Below are positions 53,181 to 64,000 of a DNA stretch of 64,000 nt, piece by piece. The stretch's first letter is position 1. The number at the start of each line of letters is the position of its first letter. Under the pieces are notes generated by a model. The model made no database searches, was not told the DNA's origin, and worked only from the letters and a program-made list of their open reading frames with translations. The position numbers and the translations under genes are program-made. This DNA comes from the human T2T-CHM13v2.0 reference genome, Homo sapiens: the NCBI RefSeq assembly GCF_009914755.1, contig NC_060935.1; one strand, 5' to 3'.

Positions 53181-54035
53181 ACTTGTATTATTTCCCCCAC
53201 ATCACACAAGAAGAAAAGCACCAAGAGCTATAACTTCAAACCATATCCATGACAAACAAGCCACTTCATCTCACTGTCTCCCATGATAAGGTTCAAATTG
53301 GAGAAAGCCTTAAAATACAGTACTCCTGGGTTGCTACTCCATGTCAATCTTTTTGCTATTTTATAGTTAAAAATTTGAATGGGCAAAGAGTTGGGGGAGA
53401 TCTCTCTTACTCTCCCTGTCCCTTCCCCCTCCTTTTCTCTCCTCCCCATGGTAGTGAAGTCACTCCTTTTTTGCCAACTCATTTCCCCACCCCCACCCCA
53501 GCTCTGACAGTCTTTCTTGCCTTCTGATCTTCAGCAATGTATTCATGTATTCACTTAAAAGTTCTGTCTGTGCTGAAGCCGGTGCTGCTTGTAATTGCTG
53601 GCGGCCAAAAGCTGTTCTGTTTTTTCTGGCTGAGTGTACCAGGCAATCATCATCTGTAATTATTTCGAGTCTTGTTACAGATGGAACTTCGAGGTTTTCA
53701 GTCTTAAACAGAATTCATTATTCAAATGTCTCTAGCACTGACAGTAAGGGGTATGGGGCAAACTTCCCTGTGAGCCCAGACAACTACAGAAGGTTCAGGA
53801 GCAGAGGACTGGCCAGGCCATCGAACACCCCAGTGGCTAAATGTAGCTTTTAGCTCCAAATCTAGAAGCCTGGTCCTCAGTGCTCATGCCATCATCTCAC
53901 ACTTGGGACTCTAGTTCCTTCCTGTTACTCTTCAGTTTCTTCTTCTCAACGTTTAGCAGAGATACAAATGTGACCTCACACATCTCCCTTCTCCCCAGGA
54001 GACCACACCAGGTGTATCCTTAGCTCATCGACGTA

Positions 54036-54106
54036 TTAGGTTGGTGCAAAAGTAATTGCAGGTTTTGCCATTGAAAGTAACGACAATTACTTTTGCACCA
54101 ACCTAA
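54036..54106. mobile_element. MADE1 (Hsmar1-derived MITE), 71 bp
   Basis: TTAGGTTGGTGCAAAAGTAATTG...CAATTACTTTTGCACCAACCTAA terminal inverted repeats; TA TSD at 54034-35 and 54107-08. Confidence 0.97.
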
Positions 54107-54884
54107 TAGAATCACAGAGTCTTTCTCAGTCAGAACCCACCTCAGATTAGTAGTGAGTTTCCTGGAAACAGAACTCTGTTGAGAAATAGTAACCTCAAAG
54201 CTCTGAGGAAGATAAGCAGTTCTCAGTGACATCAGCTCCCCTGATCCCAGCTTCAGTCCAGCTTTAGAAATTTGCAGGAGCAGGCACCTGCCTCCCAAGG
54301 AGCCTCATGAGGAGGCCAGTGAAGTGCCGCCCCAGCCATCCAATCGGCTCCTCCATCTTAGAGGGACAGAGCCTTCCCAAGGGAGAAGCAGCAGGCAGGA
54401 AACCTCTGAGCAAGGTTCCACCTCTTAGGACCACCCCCCACACCCCGCGCCGGCCAGAGTTGCAGAGACAGCAGCTGTAGGAACACGCTCTGCAGGAAAA
54501 GGTGGGGGCGGCAGTTCTTTATAGACTGGGCCCTTTGTCATAAAAGTAACCCTGCTCCGAGGAGACTCCATCAGCACATCCCTCCACCCCCGTTCCAAAA
54601 TGGCAGAGAACGGCATGCAGATGGTATCTGCCCATCTCCTGTTCAAGAAGAAAGAACCACGTGCCCAATGTGGGCCGAGAAAGGAAGACGCCCTGTGCAC
54701 TCAGAGGGAAATGCATCTCTGCTTCTAGAGATAACTGCATCCCAGACGCTTCCGCTTCCTCCGCGGCTCTGGGAATTTCAGACTCATCATCAGTGCAGCT
54801 CCTGCCGCACCCCAGGTTCAGTCTCAGCCTTGGCCCTGTAATTCCAAGTGCTGGAGGCAGATTCTTGCTTGTACAGTTAAAGTT

Positions 54885-55160
54885 CTCCCTCTGTCTCCCC
54901 CCCTCCTCCCTTTCTCTCCCTCTCTCTCCCTCTCTCTTTTCTCTCTCATATACACAGACTTTCTCCACCCCCATCCTTCTCACCCAGCCCCCCTTATTCC
55001 ATCTCTGTCTCCCTCTTTTCCCCTCCTGCCTTTCCCACCCTCTCTGCCTCGCTTCCTTTCTCCCTCCCATTTCTCACTTACTCTCCCTACTCCACACACT
55101 CCTTACCCTCCTTCCACACACACGTGTCCACACTCTCCTATCAGCCCCTTCCCTCCCTAT
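54885..55160. repeat. CT-rich low-complexity tract
   Basis: Directly visible. Confidence 0.85.
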
Positions 55161-55769
55161 CCACGTCATGCAGGGACCTGGGCTGAAGGAGGCCTCAGGG
55201 ATGGAGCTAGAGCAGCGAGGCAGGCAGGATGGGGCGAAGACAGGAGGAAGCAGCAGCAGGGAGAGGCAAAAACAGATGGCGCAGCAGCTCCGGCTGTACA
55301 GACGCGGGCAGCCCCCAGGCCTCTCCCGCTGGGCGACGTCTGCACCAGCCCATCACACGCAGATCCCTGGGTGGCTTCAGTCCACCACAATGCCAAGCCT
55401 CCAGTCAACCTGGAGGTGTCAGTGATGGCCCTACTGTGTGCACAGCACTCGCTATGTGAGCAAGCAGACAAGAAAGTAATGAGGAGGCCAGACACACTTC
55501 CAAGCGACCGCACTGCAACCTGAATGGGGCCTCCAGGATGCCACAGATGGCTGACGGGCAGATTTCATGCTCCATGTGGACCAGCCCTGGAGGACTGTGC
55601 TCCCTGTTCTAAGTAGAAGTGAAAGACGGGAAGCAGTGATTTTCTGTGCTTCTCTATTTATCAGATGATACTGTGTAGATGGTAAGTAGGGAATATTTGA
55701 TAGTAGAAGCCACCTATGAAAATAGCTGTTGTCATCAGAAGGGAAATGAACAAATGATTTGTCAGAAGG

Positions 55770-55960
55770 CAAATGATTTATTAACCTTCTGTGTGTCAAG
55801 CACCATGCTCAGAACATAATACATATGATCTATTTAATCTTTGTAAAAATCATGTTATATAAATATCTCCAATTTTACTGCTGAAGAAACTGAGTCTGAA
55901 AGGTATGTAACTTGCTGCTAAGAAGCAGAGGAGAGCTTGACTTTAAGTCTTGCTGAGGTC
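55770..55960 (-). mobile_element. MIR
   Basis: ATTTTACTGCTGAAGAAACTGAGTCTG...GTAACTTGC. Confidence 0.7.
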
Positions 55961-56222
55961 AAAATCTAGGCACTAGATGAGCTGTGGCTCAAGCTGCGTG
56001 CTCACTCGCCCCTGCGCCCAGCACTTAACATATCTCCCAGCAAGGGAGCTGGACAGTGCAGCTAGATCCCTGCTCACAAAAGCTGTAGAATTACATTGGG
56101 ATGATAAGGATACACCTGAAATAATCAAACACCTATATGTGAAAATATATGATCAAATCCCAACGTGAACAATATGTATCCCAGAGATCAGAGGGTTCCG
56201 TGGCCTGGAATGACTGACCAGG

Positions 56223-56610
56223 TATCTTTAGTTCATGTGAGCTGCTCCAAAAAAATATGATAAACTGGGTAGTAGTTCACAAACCACAGACATTTATATC
56301 ACAGTTCTGGAGGCTGGGAAGTCCAAAATCAAGTTGCCAGCAGATTCAGCACCTGATGAGGGCGAGATTCCTGGTTCATAGACAGCACCTTCTTGACACA
56401 TCCTCACATGGTAGAAGAGGCTAGCAGCTCTCTGGGATTCCTTTTGTTAGGGCACTAAATCCATTCATGAGGGCTCTGCCCCACATGACCTCATCACCTC
56501 CCAACGGCCCCACCTCCTAACATTGGTGATTAGACTTCAACATAGAAATTTTGGGTGATTAGATTTCAACATAGGAATTTCAGGAGGATACACACATGCA
56601 GACCACAGCA
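56223..56610 (-). mobile_element. MLT1A-like solo LTR
   Basis: CACAGTTCTGGAGGCTGGGAAGTCCAAAATCAAG...CCATTCATGAGGGCTCTGCCCC...GACCACAGCA. Confidence 0.9.
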
Positions 56611-56614
56611 CTAG

Positions 56615-57170
56615 GCTTCTTGATGGAAGGGCATTCGCTGAGCCCTGAGTGTGGAGAGGTGGAATCCACAGCAACAAAGGCCAGGGCAGGGAAGGCAGCA
56701 GCACAAGCCCAGGCTGGCTGGGAACAGCACTGTGTGCTGTGGGGAGAGGGAGCCCCACCTAGCTAGAGAAGACGGGGAACATACCCAGCAAGTGGGAGAC
56801 GCCATGCCGCAGACATCAGGGAAGACCCTCCTGCAAAGCCACACCAGCGACAGACTGAACTCACCTGGTGAGCAACAAGGGACCACTTCTAGGTAGAGGA
56901 GCCCGTAAGACAGTCAACTTCTTTTCAAGAAGACTAAACAGGCAGTGGTAGGAGAGTAGCAGAATAGAGAACAGCAAGGAGACCGTTGCAATAATCCAGG
57001 TATGAATTGAAAGCTGGAGGTAAGGTGGTAGAGGCAGAAACAATAAGAATGTAACAGATATGAAACATGTTAAAAAACAATAGGACTTGAGGACCTCAGG
57101 TGATGAAGGAGCGAGAGAAGAAGGTTGGGAAAATAGGACTTGGGAAGTAGGATAAACACAGGGAGTCGCT
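56615..57170 (-). mobile_element. L2 fragment
   Basis: GGAGACCGTTGCAATAATCCAGG and flanks resemble reverse L2. Confidence 0.55.
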
Positions 57171-58009
57171 GAGGGTCAGAGAGGATAAAGCTGGTAAGCG
57201 GGAGGTGAGCTGTGAACCCGGACACTGAATTGCCAAGCATTTGTTGAACACTTCATTGGACACAAAGGACAGTACTTGGCACCTAGTTGGGAAGATAAAA
57301 TATATACATATGAAAACAACTGGAACACAAACTACATATGGAACAGATGAACAAATGGAAAATGCCGTGGTGTAAATGCTATATAAAAATACCAGAATTG
57401 CGTTTGTAAAGGGAGGAAAGTAAGGTTCAGCAACTTTTCCTGCATTTAAGAATAAAAGAATCAATTGGAAAAAATTTGAACACTGTTCTTTTCTTCTCTC
57501 ATTCTTTCTCTTAATCCCTCCCTCTTCTCCCTCTCCTCCCCCCTGCCTCTGCCTCATGAATTTTCATGCTCACACTACCAGGAAATCAGACAGCAGGCTT
57601 CAATGACCTTTGAGGGTCTCCACATCTTTCTTTTCTTACCACACCCAATTTTCACATAATTTGTTTTTATTTAGTGGGTGGTAGTTCTGAGTTGGGGTTT
57701 GCAAACAGATGTTTCTCCCTTCTGAGGCTTGAGAGGCTTCAGGGGTGCAGGCCGGACAGGGAAAAGGGTAGACATGGATAATAGTGAATATCACTAAAGC
57801 AATTTGGGTCTGTGAGCTTTTCCACTATCTTTCCTTGAGAATCTTGAGAAGTCAAAGCAGCACATTCCCAGCTGGGCAGTGGGAGGCCCTCATGCCTGCC
57901 TTTGGGGAGGGAGCTGGCCCAGGAGAGGTGTCCAGGGAAAGGCCAAGATCAGTCCAAGTTCAGACGAGCAGTCACAGGGAAGAATTGAAGACCAGAGGCA
58001 GGAAGGCTT

Positions 58010-58280
58010 TTTTTTTTCTTTTTCTTTTTCCTTTTTTTTTTTTCCCCACCATTAATTAGAAGTACTTTTTTTTCTACTTTTCACTTCTTTTATTTTCTAC
58101 TTTTTTTTTTTTTGTAGAGTTTTTTGGTGGTTTTGTTGTTGGTGGTGGTGGGTTTTTTTGCTTGTTTGTCTGTTTTTGGTATGTTGCCCTAGCTGGTCTC
58201 AAACTTCTAGGCTCAAGAAATCCTCCCGCCTCAGCCTCCTAAAGTGCTGGGATTACAGGCGTGAGCCACTGCATTCAGCC
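58010..58280 (-). mobile_element. FLAM/AluJ left monomer with an extended T-rich tail
   Basis: ATGTTGCCCTAGCTGGTCTCAAACTTCTAGGCTCAAG...GTGCTGGGATTACAGGCGTGAGCCACT; possible TSD AGG(A/G)AGGCTT at 58000 and 58283. Confidence 0.88.
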
Positions 58281-61200
58281 TAAGGGAGGCTTGAAAGCTG
58301 AATTACACAATGTTCGGGAAATCAGAGCTGGCAATACTAGAGAGCCCACAGAGGCAATATCACAGGCATCAGGGAGCTTTATCCAGTAAGATCAAGGCCC
58401 TACACTTAGACTGGAAACCGGAACAGAGTTCCAGCTCAGCTCCAGGGAGGAGAGTGGCAGGAAGGTGTAGGGCCACACTCCTAAGAAGGGCCAAGGGAAT
58501 GATAAAAATCATTTCCACAGTGCATTCAGCACTTCCCTCTGGACAATGCCAGGCTCTTTATCGTGGCAACTAACCTTAAATGACAGCAATCACAATAGTG
58601 CAATGAAGGAGCAGCAATATCCTCACATTGCAAAGGAGGAAACAGACTCATAGCAACTGATGTCTTGCCTAGGTGCAAAGTTGAGACTCCCATCTGGGAA
58701 AGAGAGAAGGGCCAGAGAGAAAACTACAAGAGCTAGAAAAAGACCTTGCTCCTAGAAGTGGAGGTAACACACAAAGTCCAGACAAAGACCCAGATGGCTC
58801 CATGTCAAACCACAAGCACCTTATCAGCAGGCCTGAGCATCTCTCCAGCCTAGATCAGGATTAGATTTGGCTCTTGGAGATAGCTGCGCCTGCACATGGG
58901 GACCAAACTCACCTCGCTGGGAATGAAGGGAAGAACCTGGTGGCTGGGAAACAAGCTGGGCTTGACTTCACTTGCCTAAGATTTTGGAGCTACTTCAAAG
59001 CTACTGGGCTTCCAGTGAAACACAAAAAGTAAAACATATTGTCCCTTCCAGCAATATGGCCTTAGAATCCAATGGTCCATAGTTTGACCTAGAATACAAG
59101 AAAAGATCCCTCTGAATCTAGGGGTGGCTCTAGTTAGCTCTAGAGGAGTGAAGAGAGGAGGAATTTCTTTATTCAGTGTGACTTCTGGAGAAAAACTCAA
59201 TGGCCAGCCACAGCTAAAGGATCCTGGAGGCAATTGTACAACTATGGTGGCTCCAAGCCAGTTTGTAGTACAAGAGATGAGGCAGGATCTCCCAGGGAGA
59301 ATATAGATATTTTATATCCTTATTACTTTCCATCTGTAGGTATCACTGAATTCTCTGGGCCCCTTCCATCTCTGGTATTTTTTGAGCCATGAAATGTGTA
59401 AGATGATTCTGCCAACATATTAGCAAACGATTCCCACTAAAAAGTATTTATTAAACTCCCTACTAAGTGGCCTTCACTATGCTAGTGAGTGAGCAACTAG
59501 GCAATTGAGTTAGTGACAAAATGCTCCAGAACCAAAGAGGAGCTGTGACTTTCTCTGTACACAGGACTCTGACACCCGAGCCATATCCTTAGCATTTCTG
59601 CAATTCAGAGGTAAGTAAACTACACGTGCACCTTCTTTCCTCATGTAGTTCAAGAAAACCAATTGGTTCTACCAGAATCTTTGCCACTTAGTAACACTGA
59701 CTTTGTCTTATATATGTTTATTTTAAAAAAATTGTTAGAGCCCTGAAGAAATGCAATTAAAATATTATACTTATTTGTGTTGGCTTATTTGTTTCCATCA
59801 GCCTCTATTAAAAATCTATATATGCAAATTTGAAGAAGTTTCAGCATTCTCATGAGCCTGCTGCCTCCAACTAGGTCCAACATATTTGCTTTATGGAAAT
59901 GTGTCAGTTGGCTTCCTTTAAAAATTATTGTTATTTGATTTTAAAGGGCTTTTTCCCCACTTCTCTCTCAAATTGGCAAAATAATTAATTAGTTGCAGAG
60001 CGTTTTTGTCTTTGTGTGTTTTCCTTCCTTTCTAGACCAGATTGGGAAATCAGTATGGAAGAGTGTGACAGAATCAGAAATGCAAAGAAGTTGCCATTCT
60101 CCTATGAGTCGCTGTCGGATATTTTGAGATCCCTAGGCCTGGCTAAAGGGGCGAGGCCCAGCTTTTCATACTATCTGGAGTTAATTTTCAGTCATTTTTC
60201 CAAAATCATCAAAGCACTTCTTTGCTCTAGAAATATCCCTAGAAGACAGACGGAGAGTCTGTACTGCAAACTAGAAACTAGGGGGCAGACGGCACAGCCT
60301 GCACTCCGGGTCTTGCCAGGGGCCACATTCCTAAACAGGGGCTTGGAGAACTGCTGTGCACCCCACTCACTGGCGGCAAGTGCTGCCCCTGCTCAGCAAC
60401 AAACAATAGAGTGGTTCTACGTCTCTGCCTGAAGCTTTCTGTCTGCCTCTCCCCTGATATTGGATAGCCTTCTTTAGTTAAAAACAACAAACCAAACAAC
60501 GAAACAAACTTAAGAGGAAGAAATGTATTTATAGGACGAACACTGGCAATCCTCACAAAACTACTGAAAGCCATCAACATCTAAGCCTCAGGAAGGCCAG
60601 GATGAATCACGGCATTTCTCAGATGTGGGCCTGGGCAGCTCAACTCTGACCTTCTTTGTCACCTCATCGTCCCTTCAGTCTAAGACAGATTGTTTCAGGC
60701 TGGCCTGGCTTGGGTTACATACAGGTTTATCCCTATACTCAGCAAGACAGGGTTCTCCGATCGGCAGCCCCACCAAAAGCCCAAGGAATGGGGAAGGGTC
60801 GGCTCCCAAAGGAGGTGTTGGTTCATGCTGTTACCACAGGGAAGAGGAATAGGAAATGGGTCAGGTATCCAGTATGCCTGTGTTCCAGCAGACGCGGATG
60901 CCCTGGCGTCTTGCCTGAAGATCACAGCATGAGGGAGAAGCCTGGGTTCCCGCCTGTCCCCTGAGACCTTCCTCATCAGGTGCCGTCCTCCACACCTGCT
61001 AGTGCGGCCCTGAGAGTTGGATTCAACAAGCCTCCCTCCCAGGGAGACAATAATCTCCCAGAATTCCCTCATCACTGAATGGCCTATCAGACAGAGAGGG
61101 GAATGAGGCAGAGAGAAACGAAACAAGCCAGCTCTCCATCCATTCAGATTCTCTATGTCTCACTTTCCCAAACGCCACCTCATTTTTGTCGGCTGCTAGT

Positions 61201-62186
61201 CCCGCCAGGTCTTCATTATTTCCTAATTGTCCACATAGCTTTGTTTTCTTGCTGGGAACTGATTTGCCAAGTGTGCTGGGAGTCCCAGGCAGTGGAGAGT
61301 CAGCATTAATTCATCCTCTCATTTATTAGTGGGTCAATTTTTCTCCCTCAAATCTCTTTTTTCCTTAATATAATTTGCAACTGCAAAAAGACTGCCTGAG
61401 CCTCCCCACAGGCAGCTTTTCTAGCACTGTGGGGTGAAGCCTTTCTTCTGTTGTGATCTTGATCTTTCCCTCCCAGCTTTCACTGAGGAAGTACATTCTG
61501 TGACTCGGCTGTCCTGCATGTTTCCAAAAAGACGTGTTCTTTTGCCTGGAGATCTTGCCGTAAGTCATCTTTTATGAGGCAAAGCTGAAGGGATCTTATC
61601 CCTGAATTCTTTGTTCTTCAAAAGGAATAGTAATCTTTTGCACTTGCAAAGACAAAAAAAGTCCCTCAGAAGACCTCTGCTTTGCCCCCACATAAAACTT
61701 CACTCTTCCTGAAGTTTCTCAGTAGTTTTCCCCAGTTTCCAACTCTTGCTTTAGAGTGTCGAGCCACAGAGTAGCAGCTCGAGACAACTGGATTCTATGG
61801 TTCCCACCAGGGTCCAGGGCTCTCTCCTGATCTGCCCAACAATTTTTATTCAGTTCTCGCATAAAGGTACACAAAAGTGTGGTTATTTAAATTGTAAATG
61901 ACCTACAGGTGAGAGACGCAGGAGAAACACTAGATGTTAGAACTGGTGACTGACTAGCTCAAATTTCCAACAAAACCTAATCATATAAAATGTAATTGAT
62001 AGAAAGGGGAAGTACTTCACATGAGTCCAAAAAAAAATAGAAAAGAAAAAAAGAGGCCCACTGTATAAGAGACAGGTGGCTTTGAAGCAGCTCATGGGAG
62101 GAAGACTGAGACATTGGTACATGATAAAAAGGCTGTGAGTAAACGGGCTTGCTCAGCCATCCATTGCTGTGTAATAAGCCACCCCT

Positions 62187-62890
62187 GATGCCAGCAGCAT
62201 TTTTTTTTTTTTTTTCAGAAATTAACAAGCAGATTGTAAATTTTTTTTTTTTTTTTTTGAGACAGAGTCTCACTCTGTTGCCCAGGCTGGAGTGCAGTGG
62301 CACAATCTTGGCTCACTGCAACCTCCGCCTCCTGGGTTTAAGTGATTCTCCTGCCTCAGCCTCCTGAGTAGCTGGGACTACAGGCATGCACCATCACACC
62401 CAGCTAATTTTTTTGTGTGTTTTTAGCAGAGATGGGGATTTGCCATTTTTGTCCAGGCTGGTCTTGAACTCCTGACCTCAAGTGATCTGCCCACCTCGGC
62501 CTCCCAAGTGCTGGGATTACTGGTGTGAGCCACCACGCCTGGCCCAGATTGTAAAACTTATATTTATATGGAAATACAAAATCCAAAACAAGATGTCTCT
62601 TTAAATGACAAACTTGGAGTACTCATGCTTCTGGGTTTCAAAACTTATGGTAAAGCCACAGTTATGAAGGCAGCATGGTACTGGGATGGGGAAAATAATA
62701 TAGATCAGTGGGACAAAATTGAGAGTCCAAAAATAAATCCTTGTGCTTGCAGTCTACTGATTTTGACAAAGGTGCCAAGGCAATTCACTGGGGAAAGAAT
62801 AGTCTGTTTAATAAATGGTCCTGGGACAACTGAATATGCACAAAAATGAACTCACACCCTTGCACCATATACAAACAGAACTCAACAGAT
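62187..62890 (+). mobile_element. L1M ORF2 fragment interrupted by an Alu
   Basis: ORF remnant FKTYGKATVMKAAWYWDGENNIDQWDKIESPKINP. Confidence 0.88.
62241..62544 (-). mobile_element. AluS (Sz-like)
   Basis: Full dimer with poly-T; TSD CAGATTGTAAA at 62230-62240 and 62545-62555. Confidence 0.97.
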
Positions 62891-63129
62891 TGCTCCACGT
62901 CACATGAATGGGGATGTCCTTTTCCATAGGCTCCAATGGAGTAGAATTAAAACCAACAGATGGAAACCATGGGATAAAAAAGATTGAGAGACAAGGCAAG
63001 GAAGAACTTCCTCATCAAATAAGGAGGTGTTAAAATCTTCATACATCAGAAAATTTGAGAACGGGCAGAAGTACCCTTTGGCAGTGATATAACCAAAAGT
63101 AATAAAGCGTCCCATTCAGAACTCACTAA

Positions 63130-63385
63130 GTGTGTTGCTGAAAGCTCTTATATATTTGCTGCTTTTGGCCCATTGGACCTATCAATTGTGAACAATGGTA
63201 TGTAGAAATCTCCCACTATGAAAGTGGATTTATCGATTTCTTGCTGTAGCTCTATCAATTTTTATGTCATAGATTTTGAAGAACTTTTATTAAATGGATA
63301 CACATCCTTTTAATAAACTGAACACTTTTTTACCAGGTAATGATCCTCTTCATCCTTAGAAATGCCTTAAAGTCTTAAATCCTCT
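63130..63385 (-). mobile_element. Old L1M fragment (endonuclease region)
   Basis: GAAATCTCCCACTATGAAAGTGGATTTATCGATTTC...CTATCAATTTTT resembles the reverse L1 EN IVGDF region. Confidence 0.7.
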
Positions 63386-64000
63386 CATTTTCAACCTTTG
63401 CATGTTACCTTATATACAGGCAACTTCCATTTAGGTTCAACAATTTGTTCCTGACTATCAGGCATCCTACACAAAAACAAAAATCAGAAGCACAATCTGC
63501 ATTATTTTGTTTTTTCAATAATATACTACACATCAACCAAAACTAGCTGATCTATTTCCTAAAATATAAATATGCACAATAAAATGCCTATATGCCAGTA
63601 ACAAACTTGTTAGATTAAAAAATATTTAAAACATCCCTTCTCAATCATCAAAACTCAACATGGTTATTAACAAAACGTTTCCTCATTCGCAGTAATATCT
63701 CCCCTCCATTTGATCATTTTTCTTATTCATTTTGCTTCCTATTCCACGATTTCCTTCAACATTTTCTCAACTTTCCTGGGGACTTATCTTGCAACACTAA
63801 GCTAAATATGAAATACACTGGAGAAACATGTTCACTTGAAGCGTACAATGGCAGAGAATTACTCAGCTAAGTCTAACTCTGAGATGCCTTTCAGCAACAT
63901 CCAAAATGAATGTTCTTCTTGCTACCACTTGTCAAGATTTTCAAAATCCCTACACATGACTCCACCAATTGTATTAAGAAAAAAACTTCTTATTTTTATT

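Noticed and set aside
54661-55425. 254-aa ORF (and the overlapping 183-aa minus ORF)
   Set aside because: Held open by the CT-rich tract; non-ATG start; no recognisable homology

Overview
Primate (human/ape-like) non-coding DNA. It contains Alu, L1PA, MADE1, MIR, L2 and MaLR/ERVL elements and no recognisable protein-coding gene, RNA gene or CRISPR array. I could not identify the locus. The long ORFs are either artefacts of simple repeats or degraded L1/L2/HAL1/MaLR coding remnants. I found no evidence of a new multi-gene system. The most notable structures are: (1) a ~300-bp mosaic at 25.9-26.2 kb built from copies of a downstream and an upstream local segment; (2) a 7.3-kb nested stack with a near full-length HAL1 holding a two-LTR MLT1I-like provirus, which in turn holds MST, MLT2, L1PA, L1MA and a GT minisatellite; (3) concentric inverted repeats (AluJ+ / MST- / MST+ / AluJ-) around ~50.7 kb; (4) a 1.16-kb AAGGG-type purine tract at an AluJ tail; (5) a twin-primed 5'-inverted L1PA with TSDs; (6) a MADE1 (miR-548-type) hairpin; (7) several candidate exons, most with stops in all frames. 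Repeat subfamily names come from recalled consensus sequences, not a database search. Boundaries of old repeats are approximate (about 20-50 bp).
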